From an uncultured bacterium (lineage in GTDB: Bacteria; Bacillota; Clostridia; Lachnospirales; Lachnospiraceae), in contig CAJMRM010000011.1 in NCBI GenBank assembly GCA_905215775.1, positions 49-64,048 on the forward strand: a stretch of DNA of 64,000 nt, read 5' to 3'. The position numbers were made by a program, and so were the translations under genes. Positions 46,923 to 57,101 of the stretch are shown here, piece after piece. The notes beneath the pieces are model-generated. The model saw only the letters and a list, made by a program, of their open reading frames with translations, was not told the DNA's origin and did not search any database. The number at the start of each line of letters is the position of its first letter. The stretch's first letter is position 1.

Positions 46923-47132
46923 ATATCAGCTCCGTTCGGTATGTTCTTTTATTTCTGGTCTGTTTCGATTTTTCTCTTCGGATACCGGCCCTCTGGACCC
47001 TTGAGCCTGGTATCATGAAATAAAGATAACATAAACGGAACCACTTGTGAACACAAATCGCAAATTAGTAATATTTTGTAAGATTATCGTAACTTTTTTC
47101 ACAGGTCCGGCGTCACGGCCTGTCCTCCGGGA

Positions 47133-47612
47133 TCAGGGCTCCAGTCCCGGATCGGTCAGAAGGCCGGTCCCGTCTGCCGCCCCTGTGGCCAGCCGGTCGC
47201 ACCGTTCGTTCTCCGGATTGCCGTCGTGGCCCTTGACCCAGAAAAAAGTGACCACATGGGGCTCCATGGCTTTTAAAAGCCGCTTCCAGAGATCCGTATT
47301 TTTCACCGGCCCGCTTTTGGGCCGCTTCCAGTCATGCTTCACCCAGCCGTCGATCCACTTCTGGTTGAAGGCGTCCACCAAATACCGGGAATCCGAATAA
47401 AGCTCCACCTGGCAGGGCCGGTTCAGTGCCTCCAGCCCCGCAATGGCCGCCATCAGCTCCATCCGGTTGTTGGTGGTCCGTACATAACCGGCAGACAGTT
47501 CCTTTTCGTGGAGCGTCCCCTCCTTGTCCACAAACTGGAGAACAGCCCCGTAGCCGCCCGGCCCGTCGGGATTCCCGCGGGCCGCGCCGTCTGTGTATAA
47601 CGTTACTTTCAT
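47133..47612 (-). CDS. rnhA: Ribonuclease HI
   Basis: [27 protein letters not shown] and [15 protein letters not shown]. Confidence 0.9.
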   Translation of the reverse strand: MKVTLYTDGAARGNPDGPGGYGAVLQFVDKEGTLHEKELSAGYVRTTNNRMELMAAIAGLEALNRPCQVELYSDSRYLVDAFNQKWIDGWVKHDWKRPKSGPVKNTDLWKRLLKAMEPHVVTFFWVKGHDGNPENERCDRLATGAADGTGLLTDPGLEP

Positions 47613-47639
47613 GAAAGATCCTTTCCCTCCGCCGCTCCT

Positions 47640-49241
47640 TTACAGATCCCATTTGTCGCAAAGGGCATTGACGTCTGCTGTAAATTTCTTTATGTCCTTG
47701 TTGGCGCATTCCCGGTTTTTCCGGATCACCCGCATCAGGCGCTCGCCGGCAGCCAGAAGAAGCTCGAAGATGGTCCGGTTCTCCTTCTGCCGTTCTGTTT
47801 CTTTGCGGATGGGAACGCCCACGGTCTGCTTAAGCCACGCTCCTGCCGCCAGATCATAGACCGATCCGGAGAACGGAGCCGCCGCCTCAAATCCATACTC
47901 CGTATGGAGAAGGCCTGCAAAGCTGGTGCACACATTGTCGTCGCCGTGGACCAGGAATACCTGGGACGGCTTTTCCTTAAAGACCGAAACCCATGTGATC
48001 AGCCCGTTCATGTCTGCGTGTCCGGAAATTCCGTCCAGCTTTTCGATCCGCGCCTCCACGTCGATGGTCTCGCCAAAAAGCTTCACCACCTGGGCTCCCT
48101 CCAAAAGGCTCCGTCCCAGAGTCCCCACTGCCTGGTATCCGGCAAAGAGGATGGTACATTCGGGACGCCACAGGTTATGCTTTAAGTGGTGGCGGATCCG
48201 GCCGGCATCACACATGCCCGCCGCAGAGATGATCACCTTGGGGGTCATATCAAAGTTGATATTTTTTGAATCCTCGCTGGTGATGGACAGCTTAAGGCCC
48301 GGGAAGCCGATGGGGTTGATCCCCCGCTTCACCAGATCCATGGCCTCTTCATCGTAGCATTCCATAATGTTTTTTGTAAACACCTGGGTGGCCTCCACCG
48401 CCAGGGGACTGTCCACGTAAACCTCAAAATCATCATGGCCCTTTATGAGCTTTTCTTCCTTTATCCTTCTCATGAAATAAAGGATCTCCTGGGTACGACC
48501 CACGGCAAAGGCCGGGATCACCAGGTTGCCGCCCCGGTCCAGGGTCTCCTGAAGGATATGGGCCAGCTCGTCGATGTGCTCGTGGGTCCGGTCATGGGTC
48601 CGGTCGCCGTAGGTACATTCCATGACCACATAGTCCGCTTCGTCGATATAGCTGGGGTTTTTGATCAGCGGCTTATTCTTATTTCCGATGTCACCGGAGA
48701 ATACGATCTTTTTCTCCAGGCCCTCTTCTTCCATCCAGACCTCGATGGAGGCCGAACCCAGAAGGTGGCCCACATCGGTGAACCGGATCCTGAGTCCTTC
48801 GGTCAGGGTCAGCACATCCCCGTAATGGCAGGGGACAAAGTGGGTCAGTACGCCTTCTGCGTCATTTATGGTGTAAAGAGGCTCCACCTCCGGCTTGCCG
48901 GCACGCCTGGCCTTCCGGTTTTTCCACTCCGCCTCCATTTCCTGGATATGGGCGCTGTCTTTTAACATGATATTGCACAGATCGCAAGTGGCCTGTGTGG
49001 CAAAGATCTGCCCCCGGAAGCCCTTCGCATAGATCAGCGGCAGAAGTCCCGTGTGGTCGATGTGGGCGTGAGTGATCAGGATATAATCCACATCCGGGAT
49101 CGGAAACGGAAGTTCCGCATTTTCATAAACATTCCCCCCCTGCTCCATTCCATAATCAACCAGGATCTTTTTCCCGCATGCCTCCAGGCAGTGGCAGCTG
49201 CCGGTCACTTCATGGTTGGCGCCAATGAATGTTAATTTCAT
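47640..49241 (-). CDS. MBL-fold beta-CASP ribonuclease-like hydrolase
   Basis: HxHxDH motif ITHAHIDHTG plus beta-CASP and C-terminal His motifs (ISGHAD). Start moved to ATG 49241 (AGGAGGGG 5 nt upstream). Confidence 0.85.
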   Translation of the reverse strand: MKLTFIGANHEVTGSCHCLEACGKKILVDYGMEQGGNVYENAELPFPIPDVDYILITHAHIDHTGLLPLIYAKGFRGQIFATQATCDLCNIMLKDSAHIQEMEAEWKNRKARRAGKPEVEPLYTINDAEGVLTHFVPCHYGDVLTLTEGLRIRFTDVGHLLGSASIEVWMEEEGLEKKIVFSGDIGNKNKPLIKNPSYIDEADYVVMECTYGDRTHDRTHEHIDELAHILQETLDRGGNLVIPAFAVGRTQEILYFMRRIKEEKLIKGHDDFEVYVDSPLAVEATQVFTKNIMECYDEEAMDLVKRGINPIGFPGLKLSITSEDSKNINFDMTPKVIISAAGMCDAGRIRHHLKHNLWRPECTILFAGYQAVGTLGRSLLEGAQVVKLFGETIDVEARIEKLDGISGHADMNGLITWVSVFKEKPSQVFLVHGDDNVCTSFAGLLHTEYGFEAAAPFSGSVYDLAAGAWLKQTVGVPIRKETERQKENRTIFELLLAAGERLMRVIRKNRECANKDIKKFTADVNALCDKWDL

Positions 49242-49313
49242 AGAACCCCTCCTGTCGTTTGTGTGATACCGGTCCATGACCGCTTTTAAATAGTTATATA
49301 ATTATAGCACTTT

Positions 49314-50786
49314 TCAGATAATAATGCAAATCATTCCTCCATTACTGTCATTGATTATTTTCTGCAGCGTATCCTGGAGCTTTGCCTGGCAATCCTCCGT
49401 CATCTGGGAGATCTTGGCCTCCATGCCGTCCTCCACGATCTGCTCCACGGATTTCCCGAATATGCTGGTCTCCCAGACCCCGTCCTCCTTCTGTGCGCTT
49501 TTCTTTATGTAGGCGATCAGATCCCTGGCCTGCTCCTCGCTTCCCACAATGGGCGCGATCTCTGTCTCGATATGGGCCTTGATCAGGTTGATGGACGGGG
49601 CCTGGGCATGGATCTTGATGCCGTATTTATTGCCGTGGCGGATCAGCTCCGGCTCCTCCAGGACGATCTCCGACTTCTGGGGCATGACGATGCCGTAGCC
49701 CCTGGCCCGCACCTGGCTTAAGGCATTCTTTACCTTTTCATACTCGCTCTCCATGGACGAAAGCCTGGCCATGGTATGGAACAGCTCATACTCATCCCGC
49801 ACAGGCACCCCGGAAAATTCGCTGATGACCTTAAAATAACAGGATTCCTCGGTCTTTACCTGGATCTCCACGGTCCCGTTGGCCATTTCCATGCGGCTGA
49901 CGGTCATCTCCCGGATCCCCTCTCCCGCCGGAGCCAGGTTTTCTCCGCCCACGTCCTTCATCTGGTCTGTCCTCTTTAGGATCTCCCTGGCGCTTTCAAT
50001 GGCCGCCGCCTTCAGGGGATGATCCTCCGGAAGGATCTCCATCCATCTGGGAATATGGAAACGGAGCTCCGTCACAGGAAACTCCGTCAGCACCGTGGCC
50101 AGAATGGTCTCGATATCCTCCTTTTTCAGCTGCTCACAGTTCATGGGAAGGACGGTGATCCCATGGTCCTTTTCCAGCCTCTGCGCCAGCTCCCGGGTCT
50201 CCTCCGCGTAGGGTCTGGCAGAGTTAAGGAGCATCACAAAGGGCTTTCCGATCTCCTTCAGCTCCCGGATGGTCTCGTTTTCCGCATCCAGGTAATCGCT
50301 TCTCTTCAGCTCTCCAAAGGAGCCGTCGGCCGTCACCGCGATCCCGATGGTGGAATGGTCCCGGATCACCTTCCTGGTCCCGATCTCCGCCGCCTGGGTA
50401 AAGGGGATCTCATGGTCATACCAGGGCGTTTTCACCAGCCGCTCCTCTCCGTTTTCCTCGTGTCCGGCCGCACCCTCCACCATAAAGCCCACACAGTCCA
50501 CCAGCCGCACCCGGGCCGTGATCCCGTCCTCCAGGGAAAGCTCCGCCGCCTCCTTGGGAATAAATTTGGGCTCCGTGGTCATAATGGTCTTTCCGGCGGC
50601 GCTCTGGGGCAGCTCATCCCTGGCAATGGCCTTCCCATGGCCCTCCGGCAGCCTCGGAAGCACCATCAGCTCCATAAACCGCTTGATGAACGTGGATTTT
50701 CCCGTGCGGACCGGCCCGGTCACGCCGATGTAGATCTCTCCGCCCGTCCGGGCTTCAATGTCCTTATATACCTGAAAATTGTCCAT
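49314..50786 (-). CDS. spoIVA: Stage IV sporulation protein A
   Basis: MDNFQVYKDIEARTGGEIYIGVTGPVRTGKSTFIKRFM (Walker A). The 490-aa length is typical. Confidence 0.93.
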   Translation of the reverse strand: MDNFQVYKDIEARTGGEIYIGVTGPVRTGKSTFIKRFMELMVLPRLPEGHGKAIARDELPQSAAGKTIMTTEPKFIPKEAAELSLEDGITARVRLVDCVGFMVEGAAGHEENGEERLVKTPWYDHEIPFTQAAEIGTRKVIRDHSTIGIAVTADGSFGELKRSDYLDAENETIRELKEIGKPFVMLLNSARPYAEETRELAQRLEKDHGITVLPMNCEQLKKEDIETILATVLTEFPVTELRFHIPRWMEILPEDHPLKAAAIESAREILKRTDQMKDVGGENLAPAGEGIREMTVSRMEMANGTVEIQVKTEESCYFKVISEFSGVPVRDEYELFHTMARLSSMESEYEKVKNALSQVRARGYGIVMPQKSEIVLEEPELIRHGNKYGIKIHAQAPSINLIKAHIETEIAPIVGSEEQARDLIAYIKKSAQKEDGVWETSIFGKSVEQIVEDGMEAKISQMTEDCQAKLQDTLQKIINDSNGGMICIII

Positions 50787-50787
50787 G

Positions 50788-50836
50788 AAAATACCCCCTT
50801 TTTATACTACCAGAGTATATGCAAAGGGGGTATTTT
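50788..50836 (-). terminator. gpsA terminator hairpin overlapping the spoIVA RBS
   Basis: 14-bp perfect stem (50788..50801 pairs with 50823..50836; the minus strand reads AAAATACCCCCTTT...AAAGGGGGTATTTT) plus an inner 6-bp stem TATACT/AGTATA. The 3' arm runs into TATTTTC-ATG of spoIVA. Confidence 0.7.
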
Positions 50837-50853
50837 ACAGAACTGGAAAAAGC

Positions 50854-51864
50854 CTATTCCTCCCAGGGAAGGGAGGTATTCTCGATGCGCTTGTCCCGCA
50901 TCATTAAATCGGTCACCGCATCCTTTGCGGGTTTTCCTTCAAACAGAACCTGGTTCACTGCCTCCACAATGGGCATGGGGACGTAGTATTTCTTCGACAG
51001 GGCCAGGGCCGCCCGGGCTGAATAAACGCCCTCCACCACCATCTGGACCTCCTTCATGGCCTCCTCCATGGAATAGCCCTTTCCAATGAGGATCCCGGCC
51101 CGGCGGTTCCGGCTGTGCATGCTGGCGCAGGTCACGATCAGGTCCCCGATCCCCGTAAGGCCGGCAAAGGTCTGGAAGCTGCCGCCCATGGCCATGCCCA
51201 GACGGCTGATCTCCGCAATTCCCCGGGTGATCAGGGCTGCCTTTGTATTATCGCCGTATCCCAGGCCGTCGGCGGCTCCCGCCGCCAGGGCCACCACATT
51301 CTTTAAGGCGGCTCCCACCTCGATTCCCAGGACGTCCGGGCTCGTATATACCCGGAATACGGGGCTCATAAAGGCGGACTGGACAGTCTCCGCCACCTTT
51401 TTCTTCCTGGAGCCCGCAACGCAGGTGGTGGGAAGGCCCCGGCTCACCTCCTCCGCATGGCTGGGTCCAGAAAGGACTGCCGGCTCGCACTGGGGGATCT
51501 CCTCCCGGATGATCTCCGTCATGGTCTTTAAGGTATCCTCCTCGATTCCCTTGGCCACATCCACGATGATCTGGCCCTGGGGGCAGAATTCCTTCATTCT
51601 CCGCGCCGTACTTCTTACAAATACCGACGGGACGGAAAGGACCAGCAGATCCTTTTCCTTCATGGCCTCCTCCAGATCCGCCGTATAGCGGATGGTATCC
51701 GGAAGGATCACCTCCAGAAGATTTTTATGCCGGCGGGTGGAACGCATCTCCTCGATCTCCTCCGGGATCGCAGACCACAGGTCCACCTGATGGCCGTTAT
51801 TATTTAAAAGCACTGCAATGGCGGTTCCCCATGTACCGGAACCGATCACACCGATTTTTCCCAT
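50854..51864 (-). CDS. gpsA: NAD(P)H-dependent glycerol-3-phosphate dehydrogenase
   Basis: IGSGTWGTAIA, the KGIE motif and ASMHSRNRRAG. Confidence 0.93.
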   Translation of the reverse strand: MGKIGVIGSGTWGTAIAVLLNNNGHQVDLWSAIPEEIEEMRSTRRHKNLLEVILPDTIRYTADLEEAMKEKDLLVLSVPSVFVRSTARRMKEFCPQGQIIVDVAKGIEEDTLKTMTEIIREEIPQCEPAVLSGPSHAEEVSRGLPTTCVAGSRKKKVAETVQSAFMSPVFRVYTSPDVLGIEVGAALKNVVALAAGAADGLGYGDNTKAALITRGIAEISRLGMAMGGSFQTFAGLTGIGDLIVTCASMHSRNRRAGILIGKGYSMEEAMKEVQMVVEGVYSARAALALSKKYYVPMPIVEAVNQVLFEGKPAKDAVTDLMMRDKRIENTSLPWEE

Positions 51865-51881
51865 ACGTAGCTTCCCTCCTG

Positions 51882-52517
51882 TTATTTTGCCTTATTTCCC
51901 CACAATTTATTTTCTGTGCCCTTCAGAAGCCTCTTGATATTGGCTCTGTGGCGCCAGATGGCCATGACCATAAGGATCCCGGCCACTGTGAAAAATTCTG
52001 CCAGATTGCCCTCTGCCACCGCGTAATCGCCTCTGAGGCCGTAGAACACCATCTGGATAAAGAAGGATACCACCACCAGGATCGAACCCAGGGACACGTA
52101 TCTGGTGAGGATCACTGCTCCCAGGAAAAACGACGCGCACACCAGAGTCACCCGCCAGTCCATGGAGACCAGGATCCCTGCCATGGAGGCGATCCCCTTT
52201 CCGCCCTTAAAGTGCAGATAAAAGGGGAAATTGTGGCCCAGGACCACCCCCAGGCCCGCGTAAAGCACATACAGGTCCACGCTGGGGCTTCCCTTCATCA
52301 CCAGCCGCACCAGCAGGCAGGCAAAGACCGTCTTTAAAAAGTCTCCCAGGAATACCAGAAGCCCCGCCTTTTTTCCCATGACCCGCAGCGCGTTGGTGGT
52401 CCCGGAGTTTCCGCTGCCGTACTGTCTGATATCGATATGGTGCATTTTTCCATAGAGATACCCGGTCTGAAACAGGCCGAATACATACCCCGTCAGAAGA
52501 CATAAGATCCTTTCCAT
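51882..52517 (-). CDS. plsY: Glycerol-3-phosphate acyltransferase PlsY
   Basis: GSGNSGTTNALR and HNFPFYLHFKGGKG; polytopic membrane protein. Confidence 0.9.
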   Translation of the reverse strand: MERILCLLTGYVFGLFQTGYLYGKMHHIDIRQYGSGNSGTTNALRVMGKKAGLLVFLGDFLKTVFACLLVRLVMKGSPSVDLYVLYAGLGVVLGHNFPFYLHFKGGKGIASMAGILVSMDWRVTLVCASFFLGAVILTRYVSLGSILVVVSFFIQMVFYGLRGDYAVAEGNLAEFFTVAGILMVMAIWRHRANIKRLLKGTENKLWGNKAK

Positions 52518-52520
52518 GGT

Positions 52521-53846
52521 CTACTCCTTTTCCTTCCGTTCCCGGATGATGAATTTTAAGGACGTGCCCCGGAAGCCAAAGGCCTCTCTTATCTTATTCT
52601 CCAGATATCTGGTATAAGAGAAGTGCATCAGCTCCTTGTCGTTGACGAAGATCACAAAGGTGGGCGGCTTCACGGACACCTGGGTCACATAATAGATCTT
52701 TAACCGCTTTCCCTTGTCCGACGGCGGCTGCTGCATGGCCACGGCCTCGGTGACGATCTCGTTTAATACGCCGGTGGCCACCCGCAGGTTCTGGTTTTCC
52801 CGGACCATGTCGATCAGGTCAAAGAGCTTCTGCATCCGCTGTCCCGTAAGGGCCGACACAAACACGTACTCCGCATAGGGCATGTACGCCAGGGTCTCCT
52901 TGAGCTTATTGGTATATTCATAAATGGTCTTATCCGTTTTTTCAACGGCATCCCACTTATTGACCACAACGATGATGCCCTTGCCCCGGTCATGGGCGAT
53001 TCCGGCGATCTTGGCGTCCTGCTCCGTAACGCCCTGGGTGGCGTCAATGACCATCAGCACCACGTCGGCCCGGTCCACGGCCGTCACCGTGCGGATGATG
53101 CTGTACCGTTCAATATCCTCTTTTACCTTGCTCTTTCTTCTGAGTCCCGCCGTATCGATGAATACGTATTCGGTGCCGTTATGGACCACCTCCGTATCCA
53201 CGGCGTCCCTGGTGGTTCCGGCAATATCGGAAACGATCACCCGGTTCTCACCCAGCATTTTATTGATAATGGAGGATTTGCCCACGTTGGGCTTTCCTAC
53301 GATGGCCACCCTGGGGCGGTCGTCCTCCTCGTCGTCGTACTGGTCGGGAGTGAAATGCTTTGCCACCTCGTCCAGAAGCTCTCCCAGGCCCAGCCTGGAG
53401 GCTGCGGATACAGGAACGGGATCTCCGATGCCCAGATTATAAAATTCATATACGTCGTTTCCGAACTTTTCAAAGCTGTCCACCTTGTTGACAGCCAGCA
53501 CCACCGGCTTCCTGGATTTTCTCAGCATGTCCGCCACCTTGGAGTCGGAATCCACCAGACCCTGACGCACATCCACGATGAAAATGATCACATCGGCCGT
53601 GTCGATGGCGATCTGGGCCTGCTCCCGCATCTGGGCCAGGATGATATCGCTGGAATCCGGCTCGATGCCGCCGGTATCGATCAGCGTAAAGGAGTGGTTC
53701 AGCCAGGTACAGTCTGCATAGATCCGGTCCCTGGTCACTCCCGGGGTATCTTTTACAATGGAAATGGCACTGCCGGCCAGCACGTTGAACAGCGTGGATT
53801 TTCCCACGTTGGGGCGGCCCACAATGGCTACGATTGGTTTGCTCAT
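52521..53846 (-). CDS. der: Ribosome biogenesis GTPase Der (EngA)
   Basis: Two G-domains (GRPNVGKST; GKPNVGKSS) and a KH-like C-terminus. Confidence 0.95.
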   Translation of the reverse strand: MSKPIVAIVGRPNVGKSTLFNVLAGSAISIVKDTPGVTRDRIYADCTWLNHSFTLIDTGGIEPDSSDIILAQMREQAQIAIDTADVIIFIVDVRQGLVDSDSKVADMLRKSRKPVVLAVNKVDSFEKFGNDVYEFYNLGIGDPVPVSAASRLGLGELLDEVAKHFTPDQYDDEEDDRPRVAIVGKPNVGKSSIINKMLGENRVIVSDIAGTTRDAVDTEVVHNGTEYVFIDTAGLRRKSKVKEDIERYSIIRTVTAVDRADVVLMVIDATQGVTEQDAKIAGIAHDRGKGIIVVVNKWDAVEKTDKTIYEYTNKLKETLAYMPYAEYVFVSALTGQRMQKLFDLIDMVRENQNLRVATGVLNEIVTEAVAMQQPPSDKGKRLKIYYVTQVSVKPPTFVIFVNDKELMHFSYTRYLENKIREAFGFRGTSLKFIIRERKEKE

Positions 53847-53875
53847 ATTGATCTCCTTTTTATGGATGTTTTCTC

Positions 53876-55273
53876 TTAAAGGACCTCTCCCTCTTCCGAA
53901 AGGTGCAGGTCTTTCATGGACGGCTCATACATGCCGTGCTCGGTGGTCTGTTCCTCGGCGGCCTCCCGGTCCAGGATGGCCGAAGCCAGATCATATCCGC
54001 TTGATTTTACTATATTTATGGGAATCTGTAAAGCGGCCTCAGCCTGGGCCCTGGTCATATCGTCCAGGAATACCTCCTCCCCGCTTTTAAACATCACCGA
54101 CGGAAGCAGCAGACGGTCTCCCAAAGGCTTTCCCTTCAGCTGGGCCACCAGATCCTGCCCGGTGATCAGACCGGCCACGGTGATCATCTCGCCGAAAAAA
54201 TCGTTGCGGATGGGATAAAGATGGAGCTTCCTTCCCGGATATACCGCCTCCAGCTGGTCCAGCAGCCGTTTTAAATAGGGATACGCCAGGAAGCCTGTGG
54301 CCATGGACAGCTCCTCCGTCTTCCCGTCGTCCTCTCCTCCGTCCAGGGCATCCATAAATTCCTCATACAGGAGCCGGATCATCCCGACGCCGTTTTCCAG
54401 CTGGATATAACCGTCGTAACGGCTCTCCTCCGGAAGCTCCCTTCCCGCTAAAATATACCACTCGTCACTGGCATGGATAAAATGGAGCTTATGCTTTTCA
54501 TACATTTTTTTCTGCCATTCTTCGATCAGATCGATGACCTGGCAGGCGTCCTCCTTTGTGAACGGCTCCAGCGGATACAGGCCGTTCCGGAATTTCGAAA
54601 GTCCCACAGGCACCACTGATACGCTCTGCATATGGGGCGCATAGGCGGACAGCTGTTCAATGGAATACCGCAGCTCCTCGCCGTCATTAATACCCTTGCA
54701 GAGAACGATCTGGCCGTTCATCTCCGTTCCCGCCTCGTAAAGGCGGCCGATCTTTTTCAAGGCCTCCCCGGCAAACCGGTTGTTGAGCATCCGGCACCGC
54801 AGCTCGGGATTCATGGTCTGGACCGAAATATTTATGGGGGCCAGATGGAACCGGATGATCCGGTCGATGTCCTTATCGCTCATGTTGGTCAGGGTAATGT
54901 AGTTCCCCTGGAGGAAGGACAGCCTGGAATCGTCGTCCTTAAAATACAGAGTTTCCCGCATTCCCGGCGGCATCTGGTCGATGAAGCAGAAGATGCATTT
55001 ATTCCGGCAGGAACGGTATTCGCTCATAAGGCCGTTTTCAAAGGAAAGGCCCATGTCCTCCCCGCCGGTCTCGATCTCCAGCTCCCATTCCTCCCCGTTC
55101 TGCTTCTGCACAGTCATAACGAAGCTTTCGCTGTCGGTCATATAGTCATAGTCAAAGATATCCTCGATCTCTTCCCCGTCTATGGTCAGCAGCACATCTC
55201 CCGGCTCCAGCTCCAGCTCTTCGCCGATGGAGCCCGGAGCCACCGCTGTTATTTTATGTCCCTTGTTTTTCAA
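53876..55273 (-). CDS. DUF512 protein (PDZ plus radical-SAM-like domain)
   Basis: N-terminal PDZ-like domain ([20 protein letters not shown]) and a Cys cluster [12 protein letters not shown] start with GGAAGGGGA upstream. This is the conserved partner upstream of der in Clostridia. Confidence 0.8.
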   Translation of the reverse strand: MKNKGHKITAVAPGSIGEELELEPGDVLLTIDGEEIEDIFDYDYMTDSESFVMTVQKQNGEEWELEIETGGEDMGLSFENGLMSEYRSCRNKCIFCFIDQMPPGMRETLYFKDDDSRLSFLQGNYITLTNMSDKDIDRIIRFHLAPINISVQTMNPELRCRMLNNRFAGEALKKIGRLYEAGTEMNGQIVLCKGINDGEELRYSIEQLSAYAPHMQSVSVVPVGLSKFRNGLYPLEPFTKEDACQVIDLIEEWQKKMYEKHKLHFIHASDEWYILAGRELPEESRYDGYIQLENGVGMIRLLYEEFMDALDGGEDDGKTEELSMATGFLAYPYLKRLLDQLEAVYPGRKLHLYPIRNDFFGEMITVAGLITGQDLVAQLKGKPLGDRLLLPSVMFKSGEEVFLDDMTRAQAEAALQIPINIVKSSGYDLASAILDREAAEEQTTEHGMYEPSMKDLHLSEEGEVL

Positions 55274-55320
55274 TTTCTATCCCCTTCCGGCAGTGTCCTA
55301 AGCCGGTATCTGCCTTCTCC

Positions 55321-55349
55321 ATCATACCAATCTTCCGCAGATTTGTAAA
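55321..55349 (-). promoter_or_regulatory. Candidate sigma-A promoter of the DUF512-der-plsY-gpsA operon
   Basis: The minus strand reads TTTACA (55344..55349), N17 ending in TGg, TATGAT (55321..55326). Confidence 0.45.
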
Positions 55350-55387
55350 GAAATGATGTTCTTTTTTCTAAAATAGGGCGGCGGCTA

Positions 55388-55417
55388 TTGACGAAAAACA
55401 TCGAACAATGGTATAAA
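55388..55417 (+). promoter_or_regulatory. Candidate sigma-A promoter of the prs-like gene
   Basis: TTGACG (55388..55393), N18 ending in TGg, TATAAA (55412..55417). Confidence 0.4.
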
Positions 55418-55485
55418 TGATATGAGTGAAAGAATGTCCCGTCCCAGGGACGGGAAAAATGGTAAAAAGCGGAGGAATCTTTGAC

Positions 55486-56679
55486 ATGTCGAATCAGTAC
55501 GTTTTCAATGACCGTCTTCCCATTGCGCCGTTAAAGATCGCGGCTCTGGAAAGCTGTCAGGACCTTGCAAAAAAGGTCAATGACCACATTGTAAACTTTC
55601 GTCGCAACGATACGGAGGAGTTAATGCGCAGACAGCAGGACCTTCAGTACCGCGGCTACGATGTGGACTCCTATCTCCTGGACTGCGCCTGCCCGCGTTT
55701 TGGCAGCGGCGAAGGCAAGGGAGTTATCCGGGAGTCTGTGCGCGGTACAGATGTGTTTGCCATGGTGGATGTGACCAACCACTCCCTGACCTACAAAATG
55801 TCCGGCTATGTGAACCATATGTCTCCGGATGACCACTACCAGGATCTGAAGCGTATCATCGGCGCCTGTGCGTCCACAGCCCACAGGATCAACGTGATCA
55901 TGCCGTTCCTTTATGAGAGCCGTCAGCATAAGCGCACCAACCGGGAATCCCTGGACTGCGCCATGGCCCTGGAAGAGCTGGTCCATATGGGCGTTTCCAA
56001 TATCATCACCTTTGATGCCCACGATCCGCGGGTCCAGAACGCCATCCCCCTGTCCGGCTTTGACAACTTCATGCCCACCTACCAGTTCGTAAAGGCCCTG
56101 TTCAAGCACGACCAGTCCTTAAAGATCGACAAGGATCATCTGATGGTCATCAGCCCCGACGAGGGCGCCATGAACCGTGCCGTATATCTGGCCAACAACC
56201 TGGGCGTGGATATGGGTATGTTCTATAAGAGACGTGACTATTCCAAGGTCATCAACGGCAGAAACCCCATCGTGGCCCATGAATTCCTGGGAAGCTCCGT
56301 GGAAGGAAAGACTGTGATCATCATCGACGACATGATCTCCTCCGGTGAAAGCATGCTGGATACCGCCAAAGAGTTAAAGGAAAGAAAGGCTGCCAAGGTA
56401 GCCGTATGCTGTACCTTCGGACTCTTTACCAGCGGCCTCGATAAATTCGACGAGTTCTTTGAGAAGGGCTATATCGACAGCGTGGTGACCACCAACTTAA
56501 ACTACCGGGCTCCGGAGCTGTTTGAGCGTCCGTGGTATGTGGAGGCAGATATGAGCAAATATATTGCTGCCATCATCAACTCCTTAAACCACGATGTATC
56601 CATCAGCAGCGCCCTGTCTCCCACAGACAAGATCCAGAAGCTCATTAAAAAGTATAACGCCGGCGGCTTCAATCGTTAA
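55486..56679 (+). CDS. Divergent long-form ribose-phosphate pyrophosphokinase-like protein
   Basis: 397 aa with the PRPP-binding loop VIIIDDMISSGES and an N-terminal Prs-like fold containing an insertion (RRNDTEELMRRQQDLQYRGYDVDSYLLD...). YESRQHKR stands where Bacillus Prs has YARQDRK. Start moved to ATG 55486 (GGAGGA upstream). Confidence 0.8.
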   Translation: MSNQYVFNDRLPIAPLKIAALESCQDLAKKVNDHIVNFRRNDTEELMRRQQDLQYRGYDVDSYLLDCACPRFGSGEGKGVIRESVRGTDVFAMVDVTNHSLTYKMSGYVNHMSPDDHYQDLKRIIGACASTAHRINVIMPFLYESRQHKRTNRESLDCAMALEELVHMGVSNIITFDAHDPRVQNAIPLSGFDNFMPTYQFVKALFKHDQSLKIDKDHLMVISPDEGAMNRAVYLANNLGVDMGMFYKRRDYSKVINGRNPIVAHEFLGSSVEGKTVIIIDDMISSGESMLDTAKELKERKAAKVAVCCTFGLFTSGLDKFDEFFEKGYIDSVVTTNLNYRAPELFERPWYVEADMSKYIAAIINSLNHDVSISSALSPTDKIQKLIKKYNAGGFNR

Positions 56680-56716
56680 TCAGGAGCCGGCCGCATAAGC
56701 CAGTCCGCTTAAACGG

Positions 56717-56775
56717 AACGGGGATCCCGCAGATCATAAGGATTTTTCCTTTTTCTGCGGGATCCCCGTTTTCCG
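56717..56775. terminator. Bidirectional terminator between the convergent prs-like gene and the ABC operon
   Basis: 16-bp perfect stem AACGGGGATCCCGCAG (56717..56732) / CTGCGGGATCCCCGTT (56755..56770), followed by TTCC. Confidence 0.75.
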
Positions 56776-56797
56776 TCCGGCTCTCTGTATCTGAAGC

Positions 56798-57085
56798 CTA
56801 TTTCCCGGCAAACGCCTTCTGATATACGTCGTCCTGCTCCGGAAGATGGGTCACATATCCCACCGGGATCCGGTTTCCGGTGGCCTCGATCACAGCCCTG
56901 GCTCCCTCTTCCCGGAAGGCGCCGCAGAGCTCGATGCAGTCGATCCCCTCTTCCTCCAGCTTTTTTGCAGTACGGGCTGCGTCCTCAAGATCTGAAACGC
57001 CGATGATCCGGGCCGCTCCGTTATGGATCTGCGCCTGGTCCTCCCCGCTGTTGAATTTTCCCATGATCAGAAATGCAAATTTCAT
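56798..57085 (-). CDS. Small (95 aa) conserved hypothetical alpha/beta protein (possibly DUF6506)
   Basis: MKFAFLIMGKFNSGEDQAQIHNGAARIIGVSDLEDAARTAKKLEEEGIDCIELCGAF... Start moved to ATG 57085 (AAGGAGGAAG upstream). The family assignment is from memory only. Confidence 0.5.
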   Translation of the reverse strand: MKFAFLIMGKFNSGEDQAQIHNGAARIIGVSDLEDAARTAKKLEEEGIDCIELCGAFREEGARAVIEATGNRIPVGYVTHLPEQDDVYQKAFAGK

Positions 57086-57101
57086 CCCGCTTCCTCCTTC
57101 T

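Noticed and set aside
47044-47057. Short inverted repeat TTGTG-AA-CACAA upstream of the DUF1311 gene.
   Set aside because: Five-bp arms with 2-nt spacing are expected by chance in AT-rich intergenic DNA, and the repeat does not match CRP, FNR or Rex spacing.
47100-47125. Hairpin ACAGGTCCG-GCGTCA-CGGCCTGT just downstream of rnhA.
   Set aside because: The stem is bulged and the T-run precedes rather than follows it on the relevant strand, so it is not a convincing intrinsic terminator.
55437-55455. Hairpin TCCCGTC-CCAGG-GACGGGA in the prs-like leader. I considered it as a possible riboswitch or attenuator.
   Set aside because: It is followed by an A-run, not a U-run, on the transcribed strand. 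It is too short, and it does not match any riboswitch core I know.
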